DNA from: Shigella phage Sf15
Sequence record: MF158041
DNA length: 64,000 bases
Strand: one strand, 5' to 3'
Shown: positions 32,423 to 43,026 of the stretch, in pieces
Position numbering within the stretch: position 1 is the stretch's first letter
How the letters are laid out: each line of letters opens with the position of its first letter
Translations under genes and position numbers: made by a program
Notes under the pieces: model-generated
Databases searched by the model: none
What the model was told of the DNA's origin: nothing
Seen by the model: the letters and a program-made list of their open reading frames with translations, nothing else

Positions 32423-33775
32423 TTATTCGTAAGCCACTGTGCCTTTCAAGTCAACATCCAAGATAGCCCCTGCAAGAATACCGTGGAAGGTAATGTCTTT
32501 TAGGATACGTGCTTTCTTATCTGCCAATGCAACTTGTGAGGCTTTAGGAACAGTAACGGTGTAAGTTGACAAAAAGTTTCTGTTAACTGCTCGCTGAAGA
32601 GATGTTTCAATGACCTGACGAATACGGGTAATACCAGTATCATCATAAGTAATCTTACCACCCTTCTGATTAATTAGCAAGTCTCTCAGAGATGTTTTCA
32701 AATCAGATTCAAGCCAATCAACACCACGTACAATATCAATCCATTCACCACCAGAAGTGATACCTCTGCGCACTACAGGAACCCCACCATCGAGGTCAAT
32801 GAAGTTACAGCTACGGGTATCCAAAGCTGACTTCTGAATGCTTGTCAGTGGTCTCTGGTTAGCAGGTTGTAGGGATGCTGCAACACCAGTTAACTGAGCG
32901 TTACCCCAAGCAATTGAACCTGCATCGTATGGAGCACCATATGCAATGTAAGCCATTTCTGGGTAGTCAAACTCGGCTGTGTGATGCCACAAGCAAACTG
33001 TACGAGTGTACTTGCTCTTAGCTAACTGTGCTGGAACATCTGTTGCAGAGGTCAAATCAGTGCCTTGCAGAGCCTTAACGTCAGCATTAGCTGTGAAGAA
33101 AATCTTCTTACGAGCCTGAATCTCTGAAGCCATTGCTAAGACAAACTGTTGAGTTCTGTCTTCTGCTGAGATGAAGTACCAATCTGTTGAATATGTTTCA
33201 ATGGATGCCAGAGCAGCGGAAGCCGTGTCAGCAGTTGTTGCTGCAATAGATGTTGTAGGTGTAATAGATGTTACTTTTACGAAGTCATTATCACCAGCTT
33301 TAGTAATAATCATCGTCGCAGAAGCACCAGTACCTGTTACACTAGCATTAACACCATCTTTAATTGTTGGGCTTGCTTCAATCTGTGATTTAAACTCATT
33401 CAAGACGATAAGTGCTGTGTCGTTTTCTTTTGCAGTGTACTGGAATGGCTGAGAAACACCACCACCGATAGCAACTGTCAATGAATATTCACTTCCTTCA
33501 GCCACTGTGTCAGGAATAGAAACAGTATATTGCATAGTTCTTCTACCAATATACAGTTGAGTTACTTTTGGAGTTTGGCTCCATAGCTGTTTTGCAGCTT
33601 TATACGCAGCAGTACTTTCATCAAAGTCTTCAGCTACTTCTGTTAATGAAGTATAACCACGGATTCTTTCTTCAAAGTTATCTGTTGAAGCAAGGAATAA
33701 TGGTAAACCAAAACCTTCTCTTGTAGTTCCTGCTGTGTTCAATGTAATATCTACATTAACAATTGGATTCCACAT
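32423..33775 (-). CDS. tail sheath protein
   Basis: 450 aa, followed by small tube gene, chaperones and tape measure (contractile-tail order). Confidence 0.5.
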   Translation of the reverse strand: MWNPIVNVDITLNTAGTTREGFGLPLFLASTDNFEERIRGYTSLTEVAEDFDESTAAYKAAKQLWSQTPKVTQLYIGRRTMQYTVSIPDTVAEGSEYSLTVAIGGGVSQPFQYTAKENDTALIVLNEFKSQIEASPTIKDGVNASVTGTGASATMIITKAGDNDFVKVTSITPTTSIAATTADTASAALASIETYSTDWYFISAEDRTQQFVLAMASEIQARKKIFFTANADVKALQGTDLTSATDVPAQLAKSKYTRTVCLWHHTAEFDYPEMAYIAYGAPYDAGSIAWGNAQLTGVAASLQPANQRPLTSIQKSALDTRSCNFIDLDGGVPVVRRGITSGGEWIDIVRGVDWLESDLKTSLRDLLINQKGGKITYDDTGITRIRQVIETSLQRAVNRNFLSTYTVTVPKASQVALADKKARILKDITFHGILAGAILDVDLKGTVAYE

Positions 33776-34375
33776 TTATTTTACCCCTTTGGAGTCTACA
33801 TCTAGATGGATAGTATATTCTGGTGGCTCCTGTCCTTCCTCGTAAACCAATTCACCATCCACAATGATACGTTCGATAATACTTCCACGTTCATCTTTTA
33901 ATACTGAATTTTTTACAAGGGTTACAACAAGAGGTGCAGAATTTTCAAAATCTGTGTTGAGATAAGTATAATTATTTGGGATAGCCCCTGTATCAAGTAC
34001 TGAAGCACCTGTCATGTCAGCTAGATAATCTCTTGTAGTACTCATCTCTAATCTTTGTTTTAGCTCAAGCATAATACTGTGAGCACCTTTACCATTTACA
34101 GTAATCAGTACAGGAATCTGAAAAGCAATTCTATAACAAACTACATCATCTTCCACGAACTTATCAAGAACCCAACCATAAGGTGTGGTAGCATCTTGAC
34201 AGTATACTGTAATAAAAGGTTGGTCTGGTTTCAGACCTTTATCATTGGAATTATCTGAAGGGTAAGCCCTAATAACATTTGGTCTGTTATTCTTGTCTCT
34301 CGCTAAACGGTGACCAATAACATCAACCAAAACTCGGACAATACCTTTCTCAAGTTCTGCTGTTTCTAACTGCAT
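33776..34375 (-). CDS. head-tail joining / tail completion protein
   Basis: synteny between capsid and sheath genes. Confidence 0.4.
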   Translation of the reverse strand: MQLETAELEKGIVRVLVDVIGHRLARDKNNRPNVIRAYPSDNSNDKGLKPDQPFITVYCQDATTPYGWVLDKFVEDDVVCYRIAFQIPVLITVNGKGAHSIMLELKQRLEMSTTRDYLADMTGASVLDTGAIPNNYTYLNTDFENSAPLVVTLVKNSVLKDERGSIIERIIVDGELVYEEGQEPPEYTIHLDVDSKGVK

Positions 34376-34751
34376 TCATCTTATCCCTTCTAATAATGAT
34401 ATACTCATAATGGGATGTGTGAGCTAATTGTTCAGACCAATCCATTGTCATAAAGACTTCGTATTCGTGTCCCTTAATCATGACAATATCAGCTTCAGTC
34501 CAATCAACATCATCAGACGTTCTTAACTCAGCTACAGTGAAAAGGATTCTTGTATCTGTCAGTCTGATACCTTCAGGTAAAACAATCTGTGTACCATTCT
34601 TTACAGAACCCTTAATATAAGGTTGAATATTACCTTTGCAGTTAATTGATACAATATCCTGTGAAGCTACCCAATCACCATCTTCATTGTAATGACCATC
34701 TTCAGATACCTTTCTTTTAACTACAAAGCTGTGTCTATTTAAGAGTCTCAT
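34350..34751 (-). CDS. head-tail connector protein
   Basis: synteny. Confidence 0.4.
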   Translation of the reverse strand: MRLLNRHSFVVKRKVSEDGHYNEDGDWVASQDIVSINCKGNIQPYIKGSVKNGTQIVLPEGIRLTDTRILFTVAELRTSDDVDWTEADIVMIKGHEYEVFMTMDWSEQLAHTSHYEYIIIRRDKMNAVRNSRT

Positions 34752-35230
34752 TTTTTAATACCTTTCTTAGTAGAGATTTTATAAGCAAGGTTATCTCGTA
34801 AATCTCCAGTTTCTACAAGAGGGGCATTGAAGCCTTTCTTTTTAACTGTAGATGGAGCGTTAGGAGGCAATATAGCCGTATTACCAAAACCTCTTTTAAT
34901 TGCTTTCTGAGCACTCTTTGCAAATGCTTCTAAAGTATCTGAGGGGTCAGTATTAAGACTGTTTAATTGCTTATAGAGATTCTTCTTAGTCTGCTCTAAC
35001 AAGGTCTGTCTGTGTAACATCATAGTAATTTCAAACAACCTACGATATACTTTACCTGAAGCTGCTGGTACACCAATAACTTCATGCAAGTACATTAAAG
35101 CAGAGTAAGAAAAACCAGAGCTATGTTGACCTTGTTCCTGAAAATACCCAACTTGAGCATTAGCCGTATGCAAGTTCTTCATAGCCCCGACTAATTTAGC
35201 TCTAGCGGGGTGAATAACCCTTTTAACCAT
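34748..35230 (-). CDS. head-tail connector protein
   Basis: synteny. Confidence 0.4.
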   Translation of the reverse strand: MVKRVIHPARAKLVGAMKNLHTANAQVGYFQEQGQHSSGFSYSALMYLHEVIGVPAASGKVYRRLFEITMMLHRQTLLEQTKKNLYKQLNSLNTDPSDTLEAFAKSAQKAIKRGFGNTAILPPNAPSTVKKKGFNAPLVETGDLRDNLAYKISTKKGIKK

Positions 35231-35679
35231 TATTCATCTCGCTCGATAATAAATACACCATTGACACGTTCACAGTAATCTCTACCGTAGTATCTAACAG
35301 CATCGCCATATTCAGTATATTTCTTGACAGAGCAAGGATTTTGACGACGCATGTCAATATCACACTGGTTAATACCACCCGCATAAGGGAGGCCACTAAC
35401 AGAGCTTTTAACTAGGTCGTCATAGACAGCTTTCAGAGATTTGAATCTGGAAGAGTTTCGTAAATAAACACCACCAACTTTCTCATCTCCCATCTTGGCT
35501 ACTTGAAAGAGTAAATATTTAAGAGCTTTGATGGCTGCTTTCTTTTCATCCTTTCCAGATTCTTGGTAGAACCACTCTAGCACCGATTGGTCAATGAGGA
35601 TTTCATTGTTGTCAGTATCGGTGCAGAGGATTCGAACTCTATCAAGAGGGTTATTAGCGGGGTCGCCTGTATAACACAT
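35230..35679 (-). CDS. head completion protein
   Basis: synteny immediately after major capsid gene. Confidence 0.4.
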   Translation of the reverse strand: MCYTGDPANNPLDRVRILCTDTDNNEILIDQSVLEWFYQESGKDEKKAAIKALKYLLFQVAKMGDEKVGGVYLRNSSRFKSLKAVYDDLVKSSVSGLPYAGGINQCDIDMRRQNPCSVKKYTEYGDAVRYYGRDYCERVNGVFIIERDE

Positions 35680-35701
35680 TTATAACCCTCCTTTCAAGTT
35701 A

Positions 35702-36805
35702 TTACTCAGCGTCTGAACGAACGTCAACAAGCAGTTGAGGACGTGTGCAGTATGGCAGCATGTAAGAGTGGGCTTCGAAGTCAATACCTTCGTCACGGTC
35801 TTTCTCATATTCGAACACATACAGTTCCTGACCCAGAGTGTTTGCATAACCCATCTTAGGACATGGAGCGTAAGCAACTTCGAAGATGTTGTTAGCTTCA
35901 CCCAACATTGCTACGTTAGGGAATGCGTGACCTACACCAACATTAGTATCAGATACACCATCAATGCTAACCAGAGTATGAGTCTTGCCACGCTTGTCTT
36001 TGAACTTACCGTTGTACTGTACGAATACAACACCACCGTAGTAGAAACGGTTCATGTGAGCCTGAACACCGTCAGTACCACCAGTTCTCAGAGAACCAGT
36101 AATCTGTTGCCAAGCCAGCGGAGTCTGTTGTGCAAGGTATGCGTCACGAATCTTAGGATGCTTGATAAGCTTGCTGAAGAAAGTTCTGTCAACAACGATG
36201 TGAATTTCTTCACCGTTGATTACAGTACCCGTCTTAGCTTCATCTTCCATGTGCATACGCAGGTCTTCGATGTGTGCATCGATATCAGAGTTCGGGTTGT
36301 CCAAGTCGAAGTAGATAGTCTTCTTAGTTACATCAAACTGCTTGTACAGGTCTGCGTACAGAACACCGTTAGCGTCGATAACTTTACCCTTCAGAGCTTG
36401 CATAAACAAGAACTCACGAGTAATATCAAACTTGGTACGAATCTTCATCAGCTTCTTAGCACGTACAACTGCTTCAGTAGTCAGTTCATTTGCAGTGCCT
36501 GGCTGACGAACACCCTGAATCTCATCAGGAGTGATGCTTTCAACTTCCTTGAAGTACATCATCGGGAAGCTAATCTGACGAACACGCTCAGGAGCGCTAG
36601 TCTCAGCTTTACGGCTGGTACGGTCTACCGCATCCAGTAAGCTGATATCCCAATCAGTCAAGTCCATCAGGAAAGTAGTCTGTGTTTGTGGAGCAGAACG
36701 GAACAGTCCCAGACCAGAGATATATCCGTAAGTATTTGGAATAGACTGGACTTCACCAGTTAAGTCAGCAAGGAAAAATCTGCTTTTTTCAGAATTAGTC
36801 AACAT
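35702..36805 (-). CDS. major capsid protein
   Basis: 367 aa; position after protease-scaffold and decoration-like genes (lambda B-C-Nu3-D-E order); high-expression codon pattern. Confidence 0.65.
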   Translation of the reverse strand: MLTNSEKSRFFLADLTGEVQSIPNTYGYISGLGLFRSAPQTQTTFLMDLTDWDISLLDAVDRTSRKAETSAPERVRQISFPMMYFKEVESITPDEIQGVRQPGTANELTTEAVVRAKKLMKIRTKFDITREFLFMQALKGKVIDANGVLYADLYKQFDVTKKTIYFDLDNPNSDIDAHIEDLRMHMEDEAKTGTVINGEEIHIVVDRTFFSKLIKHPKIRDAYLAQQTPLAWQQITGSLRTGGTDGVQAHMNRFYYGGVVFVQYNGKFKDKRGKTHTLVSIDGVSDTNVGVGHAFPNVAMLGEANNIFEVAYAPCPKMGYANTLGQELYVFEYEKDRDEGIDFEAHSYMLPYCTRPQLLVDVRSDAE

Positions 36806-36836
36806 TGTAAAATTCTCCAGAATGTCTTATTATTAA

Positions 36837-37214
36837 TTACAGGCCAGTTGGGACGAAATCAATACCTTTCGCCTTAAGAGCAGACTTGACAGCAGCAGCA
36901 TCAACACTATCTGCCAGAGTTAGCATGTCTTTCAGTTCAGCGTCACGGTAAATACCAACAACTTTTAACTGACCGTGGTAAGACAGTTGTAGGTCTGCGT
37001 AGAAGTTAACGATACATACAGAATCTGCCTGAGCTTCTTCACCTGCTGCGACTTTAGTACCATCAGCTTTCAGAACTTCACCTACACGATACTCAGTGCT
37101 GGCTACTGGAGCGTACTCTTTACGAGAGTGACCAGTTGGTGTAATCTGTTCCCAAAGGATGATATCGTTCAGAGGTTCTCTGTTACCTAATTTAGTAAAA
37201 CCTTGATATGCCAT
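36837..37214 (-). CDS. head decoration-like protein
   Basis: 125 aa between protease and capsid, as lambda gpD. Confidence 0.4.
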   Translation of the reverse strand: MAYQGFTKLGNREPLNDIILWEQITPTGHSRKEYAPVASTEYRVGEVLKADGTKVAAGEEAQADSVCIVNFYADLQLSYHGQLKVVGIYRDAELKDMLTLADSVDAAAVKSALKAKGIDFVPTGL

Positions 37215-37226
37215 TATTTGTGTTCC

Positions 37227-38573
37227 TTATTTGATAAGAGTTTTCAAAGCATTCTGGAGAGCCAGTTTGCGTTGGTCAGCGTTAGCATTAGCATTTGCTT
37301 CTGGAGCGGTGTCTTTACCGTCATCCACTTCTGCTTCGCCGTCATTGCCAAGTTCTTCCATAGCGTTTGAGTGTTCCAGAACAGCACCAGCAGTTTCTTT
37401 CAGCTTAGTGATTTCAGAATCCTTCTCAGACATGGCAGAAGCGTGGGACGCGATAGTTTCATTAAGTTTCTGGTTAGCACCTTCCATAGCATTCATAAAC
37501 AGAACACTCAGAGGGTTGTCAAGACCAGCACCTAAAATAGTTGTTGCAGCTTCTTTTGCATCAAACCCAAAAGCTTCAGCAGATGCAGAAATCTTACCAG
37601 TTAAATCTGTAAGAACTGTTTCCTGTTCCTTAGCTTTCATTTGAGCAACCTGAAGACGCAGAGCTTCTAGTTCTTGCTTTTCTTGTTCAGTCATTTCTTC
37701 ACCTGAATTGTTTGTGTTTAAACTTACAGGAGCTTCTTCAGAACCTTGTAAGTAATTTAAGAAATCATCTTGAGACATGATAGAGTTAATTAAACCAAGT
37801 TCAAGAGCTTCCTGAGCAGAATAAACATTCGCCTCAGTATTCTTTACAGCTTCTTCAGAGATATTACGCGAGTCTGCAACAAAACTAGTAAAAGTCTTGT
37901 AAGTGTCATCAATTCTCTTTTGAAGTCTATTCTTGCTTTCTTCTGATAATGCTTGGAATGGGGAACCCAGACCTTTAAATTCACCAGCTTTAATAACGTT
38001 AATAGTTACGCCATTCTTTTCAAATGCTTTAGTTAATTCTTGGTGAACCATAATCACACCAATTGAACCAACATCTGCATCTGGTGATGCAATAATTTCT
38101 TCAGCGGAAGATGCAAGAGCGTATGCAGCAGAGCAAGCAAACTCATCTACATAAGCAATAATTTTCTTTTGGCCTCTTGAAGCCATGATGTGACGTGCCA
38201 ACTCAAAACAACCTGACGCTTCACCACCACCTGAATCAACGTGCAGCACGATAGTCTTAATAGACTCATCTGCTAGGGCTTCGTCAAAGCCTCTGCGTAA
38301 ACCTTCATAAGAACTTAGTCCACCAGTACACATTGCATCCATGAAGGTCATACGATGTGTTAGGCCACCCATAATAGGGATGATAGCAATGTCTTCTTTA
38401 ACTTTTAAAAGACTTCTTGCTTCACCTTTTGGCTTATCGAAGTTTACTGCTGCTTGTACCTCACCTAACAAGCGGTTATTAACATAAGTCGCTGCTGAGT
38501 GGGCTAATGATTCTGTAGCTAGTAAAGGTTGGTTGAATAATCTGTCAGCAAGTCTGAAGATATTCGAACTCAT
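37227..38573 (-). CDS. prohead protease (S49 / ClpP-like) fused to scaffold-like coiled-coil domain
   Basis: N-terminal peptidase-like region (HVDSGGGEASG, IGVIMVHQ); C-terminal 150 aa Ala/Glu-rich coiled coil. Confidence 0.7.
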   Translation of the reverse strand: MSSNIFRLADRLFNQPLLATESLAHSAATYVNNRLLGEVQAAVNFDKPKGEARSLLKVKEDIAIIPIMGGLTHRMTFMDAMCTGGLSSYEGLRRGFDEALADESIKTIVLHVDSGGGEASGCFELARHIMASRGQKKIIAYVDEFACSAAYALASSAEEIIASPDADVGSIGVIMVHQELTKAFEKNGVTINVIKAGEFKGLGSPFQALSEESKNRLQKRIDDTYKTFTSFVADSRNISEEAVKNTEANVYSAQEALELGLINSIMSQDDFLNYLQGSEEAPVSLNTNNSGEEMTEQEKQELEALRLQVAQMKAKEQETVLTDLTGKISASAEAFGFDAKEAATTILGAGLDNPLSVLFMNAMEGANQKLNETIASHASAMSEKDSEITKLKETAGAVLEHSNAMEELGNDGEAEVDDGKDTAPEANANANADQRKLALQNALKTLIK

Positions 38574-38584
38574 TTTTACTCACC

Positions 38585-38917
38585 CTATTTATTTAAGTCA
38601 ATGGATACTGAAGAGATAACATAAATTCCTTCTTCAGCAAAGAACTGAGGGCTACTTAGAGCACCTGTTGCCACGCACTTAGAGTTGTCATCCCATAAGC
38701 TAAAATGAGAAACTGTAGCAGAAGCCGGAACAGTAATATTAACTGTGTCTTCTGAAGCAATTAATCCATTATTAGGTTCTGAGAAGAAGATAGCCACTGG
38801 CTGAGTAACCTTGTTTGCTGTAGGGTCTGCCGTTGGGTCTACATTGTGTAATACAATAGTTGTCGGGGTTAGTGTGGCTAGGATTTTATTCTTACCATCA
38901 ATCGTTAATGTTCCCAT
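38585..38917 (-). CDS. hypothetical head protein
   Basis: 110 aa, synteny. Confidence 0.4.
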   Translation of the reverse strand: MGTLTIDGKNKILATLTPTTIVLHNVDPTADPTANKVTQPVAIFFSEPNNGLIASEDTVNITVPASATVSHFSLWDDNSKCVATGALSSPQFFAEEGIYVISSVSIDLNK

Positions 38918-39417
38918 TAATTAAACCTTACTTTTTGTTTAAGGATTGTTGAATGGTTACCAGATTCATCTACCACATTTACAATCATATCATAAACTTT
39001 ACCTTTGACAAGTACTTTGTAATCATTTTGTGAAAAAATGTACTCAAGTCTGTTAGACTCTTTATTTACTGTCATTGGAGATTGGAATGCTGTATCAATG
39101 GTAATGAATGCAGCTTCAACACTATTAACGTTAACACGTTTATTCTCACAGTTATATAACTTTACACCCAAAAGGCATGAACTGTCAAATGGAATTTTAA
39201 CAATTTCGTTACAATTGTTTGAAATAAACTGTTTTCCGCTCATTGGAGCATCAAGTAACCTGCAAATAGTGAAAACGTCAGAGGTTCCACCATCACTAAT
39301 ATACCCTGAAAGGCTGACCCTTGAGCCAGCCTCTACAGTTAATTCATCAGTGATAATTAAGACACCTCTATAAGAATGCACTCGCGTAGCATTGGAAATA
39401 GAGATAACTTCTGCCAT
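38917..39417 (-). CDS. hypothetical head protein
   Basis: 166 aa, synteny. Confidence 0.4.
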   Translation of the reverse strand: MAEVISISNATRVHSYRGVLIITDELTVEAGSRVSLSGYISDGGTSDVFTICRLLDAPMSGKQFISNNCNEIVKIPFDSSCLLGVKLYNCENKRVNVNSVEAAFITIDTAFQSPMTVNKESNRLEYIFSQNDYKVLVKGKVYDMIVNVVDESGNHSTILKQKVRFN

Positions 39418-40883
39418 TATTTGTTTGCCTTATTAGCTGTGCTTGGGTCTTTAGCTGAAGGAGTTTTAGCAGTCCCTTCTCCAGCAGTTTGATAACCATC
39501 ACCAGAACGACTTTGAGTGTTTGGAGATAGTTTCTCAGATACTGGTTTAGACTCATCAGCAGGTTCAAGGTCAAGATATTCTCTAAGCTTGTCAGATAAT
39601 GGTTTGTCAACTTCCAGAGCACCAACTGCAACTGTCTTCTGAATGAATGATGCAATAGCTTCAAGGTCTGGTGTCTCAATATCATCATACACAATTTCTA
39701 CGTGTTCTTCATCATCCCACATATTTAGTGCATAAGTCTGAGCAACCAAATCACGGTTAATTACATTCTTCACTTGCTTCAGAAGAATATCAACTGACAT
39801 TGCCAGTAAGCTTGTCTTAGAATCTGCCAGAGAGAATGAGCCATACTTTGACTGTCCCATAGCAAGAACATCAGACATAAACGCCATCATAATTTGCTTA
39901 GAGTATCTATCAATGATAGAACCTGTATCATAAGCTTTAGCGCCCTGTCGAGAAACTAATGAGAACTCAAAGATATCTTCTTTAGTTTCTGGGTCGATAA
40001 ATCTAGGCCAAATTAAACCTGCTCTGTCATTAGCAATTAAATCATTTACTACTTCTTGGCAGTATTTAACAAAAGCTTTCTTTTCAGGTTCTGCATCTTC
40101 ACCTAAGTAATCAGGTGGAAGACCAATCTTTGGCATACCTACTAAGTCTCTGGAAACACCAACTGCTTCAAACTCTTCAATTTGAACTTTGTATTTCCAA
40201 GGAACATAAGCATTAAGCAATGGTGAACGTCCCTCTGGGTTACCGTATTCATCGTCATACTTGAACAATAAGAATTTACTTCTGGGAAGCTTTCTTGTCA
40301 ATGGTTGTTCACCAAGATTAATTGCTCCTGCAATATGGGAAACATTACGCAGGTTCTGTCTAACACCAATAACTTTTCTATAGTCAGAGTCAAAGTACCA
40401 TTTGTCTAATGTAGTCTGATTACGGATTGGTAATTTAGCCCAACCAATTAAACCATCATTATATTTTGAAGGGTACTTACCTTTCTTACCTTGACGTTTC
40501 TTATAAACTTTCTCGTTTACACAGAAACCGTAAGTACAGAATGACATTACAGAGTTAATAAAGTCAGCCCAATCGTGCTCCATGTCATTCATTAGTGAGT
40601 TAAAGAAATTAGCCCTTTCAATCATCTTGGCATCTTTCTCTTTTCCCTTCGGTGGTACGAATCTCCAGTTAACCTTTCTGACAAACATCTTAATAATATT
40701 TACAGAGGCTGCTACTGAAGGGTCTCTCATCATAAGTTGGAAAGTCTTAATACTTTCTGGGAATCTTAAAGCCTGTCTAGGTTCTTCATAGATTCTTCCT
40801 GAGCGAACTTTAAGGCCAAGACTCCCAACCTCACCCATTCTGAATGGAGGAAGGCTTTCTTGTGTTTCTGTGATATCTGCCAT
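39417..40883 (-). CDS. portal protein
   Basis: 488 aa immediately downstream of large terminase, acidic C terminus. Confidence 0.65.
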   Translation of the reverse strand: MADITETQESLPPFRMGEVGSLGLKVRSGRIYEEPRQALRFPESIKTFQLMMRDPSVAASVNIIKMFVRKVNWRFVPPKGKEKDAKMIERANFFNSLMNDMEHDWADFINSVMSFCTYGFCVNEKVYKKRQGKKGKYPSKYNDGLIGWAKLPIRNQTTLDKWYFDSDYRKVIGVRQNLRNVSHIAGAINLGEQPLTRKLPRSKFLLFKYDDEYGNPEGRSPLLNAYVPWKYKVQIEEFEAVGVSRDLVGMPKIGLPPDYLGEDAEPEKKAFVKYCQEVVNDLIANDRAGLIWPRFIDPETKEDIFEFSLVSRQGAKAYDTGSIIDRYSKQIMMAFMSDVLAMGQSKYGSFSLADSKTSLLAMSVDILLKQVKNVINRDLVAQTYALNMWDDEEHVEIVYDDIETPDLEAIASFIQKTVAVGALEVDKPLSDKLREYLDLEPADESKPVSEKLSPNTQSRSGDGYQTAGEGTAKTPSAKDPSTANKANK

Positions 40884-40895
40884 TCTTTCTACCTA

Positions 40896-42512
40896 TTATC
40901 GTCTTAGCCCCTGATATGGATTACTCTTCATAATATCTGTATGAGCACCCATTGAAGGTGGCTTGAATAGTTTAACTTCGTTTAGACTGTTGAAAGCATC
41001 ACTGGTAGCATCCACTTGGTCATCCTTAGTACGACCATCACCACAAAAACCTTCTAGTTCTTGGAAATATGCTTCATTCCAAGAGCCTCTAACAATTTTG
41101 ACAAGTCCTGCCTCAGAAGCAGCAGAGAAACCCGCAAAACGGGTGACTTTATCTTTATTTGTTGGTTTAGCTCTTGCTCGGAAACCTTTCTCAGCAAGTT
41201 TTCTAATAAGGGAGGTTGCGTAGGATTTACCAGCAGCGCCGGGGTCTTGAGGGATAAAAATACCTGTGCGCTTACCATCACCTTCAGCAGTTTGGTTAAT
41301 TTGTGTTTCAACTCCAGAAGGTCTATCTCTAAATCTTACTACGTTAATCACATAATAGCAACCATCTTTTTTAGATTTACCCATTTTAACACCTGCTGTC
41401 CAGTCAGGGTTAGGGTTAACCTCAGAAGGTAATGTTGCTGCTAAGTCCCATGCTCTTACGTCAAATACGTCTGCTGGAACACTATCAACAATTTCACACC
41501 ATTGTCTTTGCCAGTAGTTTGAACCTTCAGCACGAGCTTTCCAGTTACCAAAACGTAAACGTGCAACGTTAACTGGTGTGTTGTTTTCTAATTTACCACG
41601 ATACTTAGGTTCAAGGAAATCTAGAATAGGGTTGTCATCGATTGTACCGGAAATAAAGGTATATGTTTGAGGAATCTCAAGAGGGAACATTTCAAGAATT
41701 TTATCTCTATCCCAATCAGAAACCATAACACCATCATTCATAACATACCAACGAATCCTACCGCACTTCTCTGGGTCTGGATATCCAGCATCATCTAGGA
41801 AAGGTTCTACCCAATCATAAATAAAGTGGTCTCTATCTGGGTTCATTGAGATTTTCATATATGAGTCACCTTCAGCACCAGAACGTAAACGTGTCTGAAG
41901 ATATGAAATCTGCGAAGCAGAGAAGTGTGTACCTTCGTCGAAATAAATAGCTGAGTATTCGATACCTTGGTGACCTTCTGAGTGTTTCTCAAGTTCCAAA
42001 TAAGTAAACTTGATAGTTGCTCCAGAAGGGAAAGTAATAGTCATTTTCTGTTCATGTGGAACTCCACCAAACTTACCAAATAACTTTTTAGCCGCAGGCC
42101 ACAGACCACCTTGTAACTGTGTTGTATTTCGACGGAAATAAACAGCGTTATAGTTTGGGTCTTCAATAAACCTTAGTGAGTCCATTAATAGAGCAGCAGT
42201 CTTACCAGCACCAGCAGCACCACCATATAGTACCAAGTCAGCATTAGTGTTCAAGAATACCTCTTGAGAGCCAGGCTGTGGAGCTACATAGTTCTTGTCA
42301 GTCATCAGTTTAAAGATGAGTCTTACTTGGTCTGGAGTGTATCTTAATAAAGTCAGAATTTGAGTTGGAAGGAATTTAGAGGGGTCTTTACCAAAGGATT
42401 TGATAATATCTTTTACTTCTTCAGAAAGCCCCAACTCACCTGCTAGGACTTTCCTTACATCTTCCACTCGCTTCTGCTTAATAACATTTAAGTCCATTAA
42501 GCACCTCTGCAA
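40896..42512 (-). CDS. terminase large subunit
   Basis: Walker A VLYGGAAGAGKTAA, C-terminal nuclease-like acidic residues, first large gene of the late operon. Confidence 0.85.
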   Translation of the reverse strand: MQRCLMDLNVIKQKRVEDVRKVLAGELGLSEEVKDIIKSFGKDPSKFLPTQILTLLRYTPDQVRLIFKLMTDKNYVAPQPGSQEVFLNTNADLVLYGGAAGAGKTAALLMDSLRFIEDPNYNAVYFRRNTTQLQGGLWPAAKKLFGKFGGVPHEQKMTITFPSGATIKFTYLELEKHSEGHQGIEYSAIYFDEGTHFSASQISYLQTRLRSGAEGDSYMKISMNPDRDHFIYDWVEPFLDDAGYPDPEKCGRIRWYVMNDGVMVSDWDRDKILEMFPLEIPQTYTFISGTIDDNPILDFLEPKYRGKLENNTPVNVARLRFGNWKARAEGSNYWQRQWCEIVDSVPADVFDVRAWDLAATLPSEVNPNPDWTAGVKMGKSKKDGCYYVINVVRFRDRPSGVETQINQTAEGDGKRTGIFIPQDPGAAGKSYATSLIRKLAEKGFRARAKPTNKDKVTRFAGFSAASEAGLVKIVRGSWNEAYFQELEGFCGDGRTKDDQVDATSDAFNSLNEVKLFKPPSMGAHTDIMKSNPYQGLRR

Positions 42513-42518
42513 ATAGAA

Positions 42519-42725
42519 TTATTCAGAAACTTCTTCAGATTCCTGTTTAGGTTCTACACCAAACTTTTCATCTACTAAATTAAGAAGTTTATCCATCGTT
42601 GCTTCTTGTGGGTTAATACCAGTTGCAACAATTAAACGTTCAGCCACAGCCATTACAGTTGCTTGAAGCATCTGAGCCTGTTTCTGAGTTTCATATAGTT
42701 CTTTGTAAACATTAGTCTCGTTCAT
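42519..42725 (-). CDS. hypothetical small protein upstream of terminase
   Basis: 68 aa, GGAG RBS; too small to call small terminase. Confidence 0.4.
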   Translation of the reverse strand: MNETNVYKELYETQKQAQMLQATVMAVAERLIVATGINPQEATMDKLLNLVDEKFGVEPKQESEEVSE

Positions 42726-42761
42726 TGTATTTCTCCAAAATTAAAGTTATAGTGATTCTCC

Positions 42762-42788
42762 TGAAAAAAGACGGTGCAGAGACCGTCA
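42762..42788 (-). terminator. intrinsic terminator closing the tRNA transcription unit
   Basis: minus-strand hairpin GACGGT-CTCTGC-ACCGTC followed by TTTTTT. Confidence 0.55.
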
Positions 42789-42944
42789 AGGAGAAACCAC
42801 AATGTATGCCAGAGACATACTGTATAGGTCTTCCCATAAAGTATAACTCTATAAAAAAGCCCTGTCTAAAAATACTCTCCGGTAGCGAAAGGGAGAATAC
42901 TCATAGCAGGGCATAATAACTTTGAGAGAGATATTAATATAAAT

Positions 42945-43020
42945 TGGAGTATCGGAAGGGACTCGAACCCTCATAAACCTGTTTTGCAGACAGGCACATA
43001 ACCATTTCTGACACCGACAC
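42945..43020 (-). tRNA. tRNA-Cys (GCA)
   Basis: manual fold: 7-bp acceptor, T-arm, anticodon loop shows codon TGC on plus strand; CCA encoded. Confidence 0.7.
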
Positions 43021-43026
43021 ATAATT

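Noticed and set aside
35735-36640. 301-aa plus-strand ORF
   Set aside because: Lies entirely antisense within the major capsid gene, lacks an RBS, has low-complexity composition, and breaks the uniform minus-strand operon.
37231-37644. 137-aa plus-strand ORF and similar antisense ORFs (2593-2829, 7038-7376, 7890-8249, 8246-8608, 9241-10035, 29348-29692)
   Set aside because: All are embedded antisense in longer, motif-supported genes with no independent start signals.
42519-42725. Small terminase subunit directly upstream of the large terminase
   Set aside because: The 68-aa product is too small and shows no recognisable DNA-binding motif; the small terminase may lie outside the expected position or be unrecognisable.
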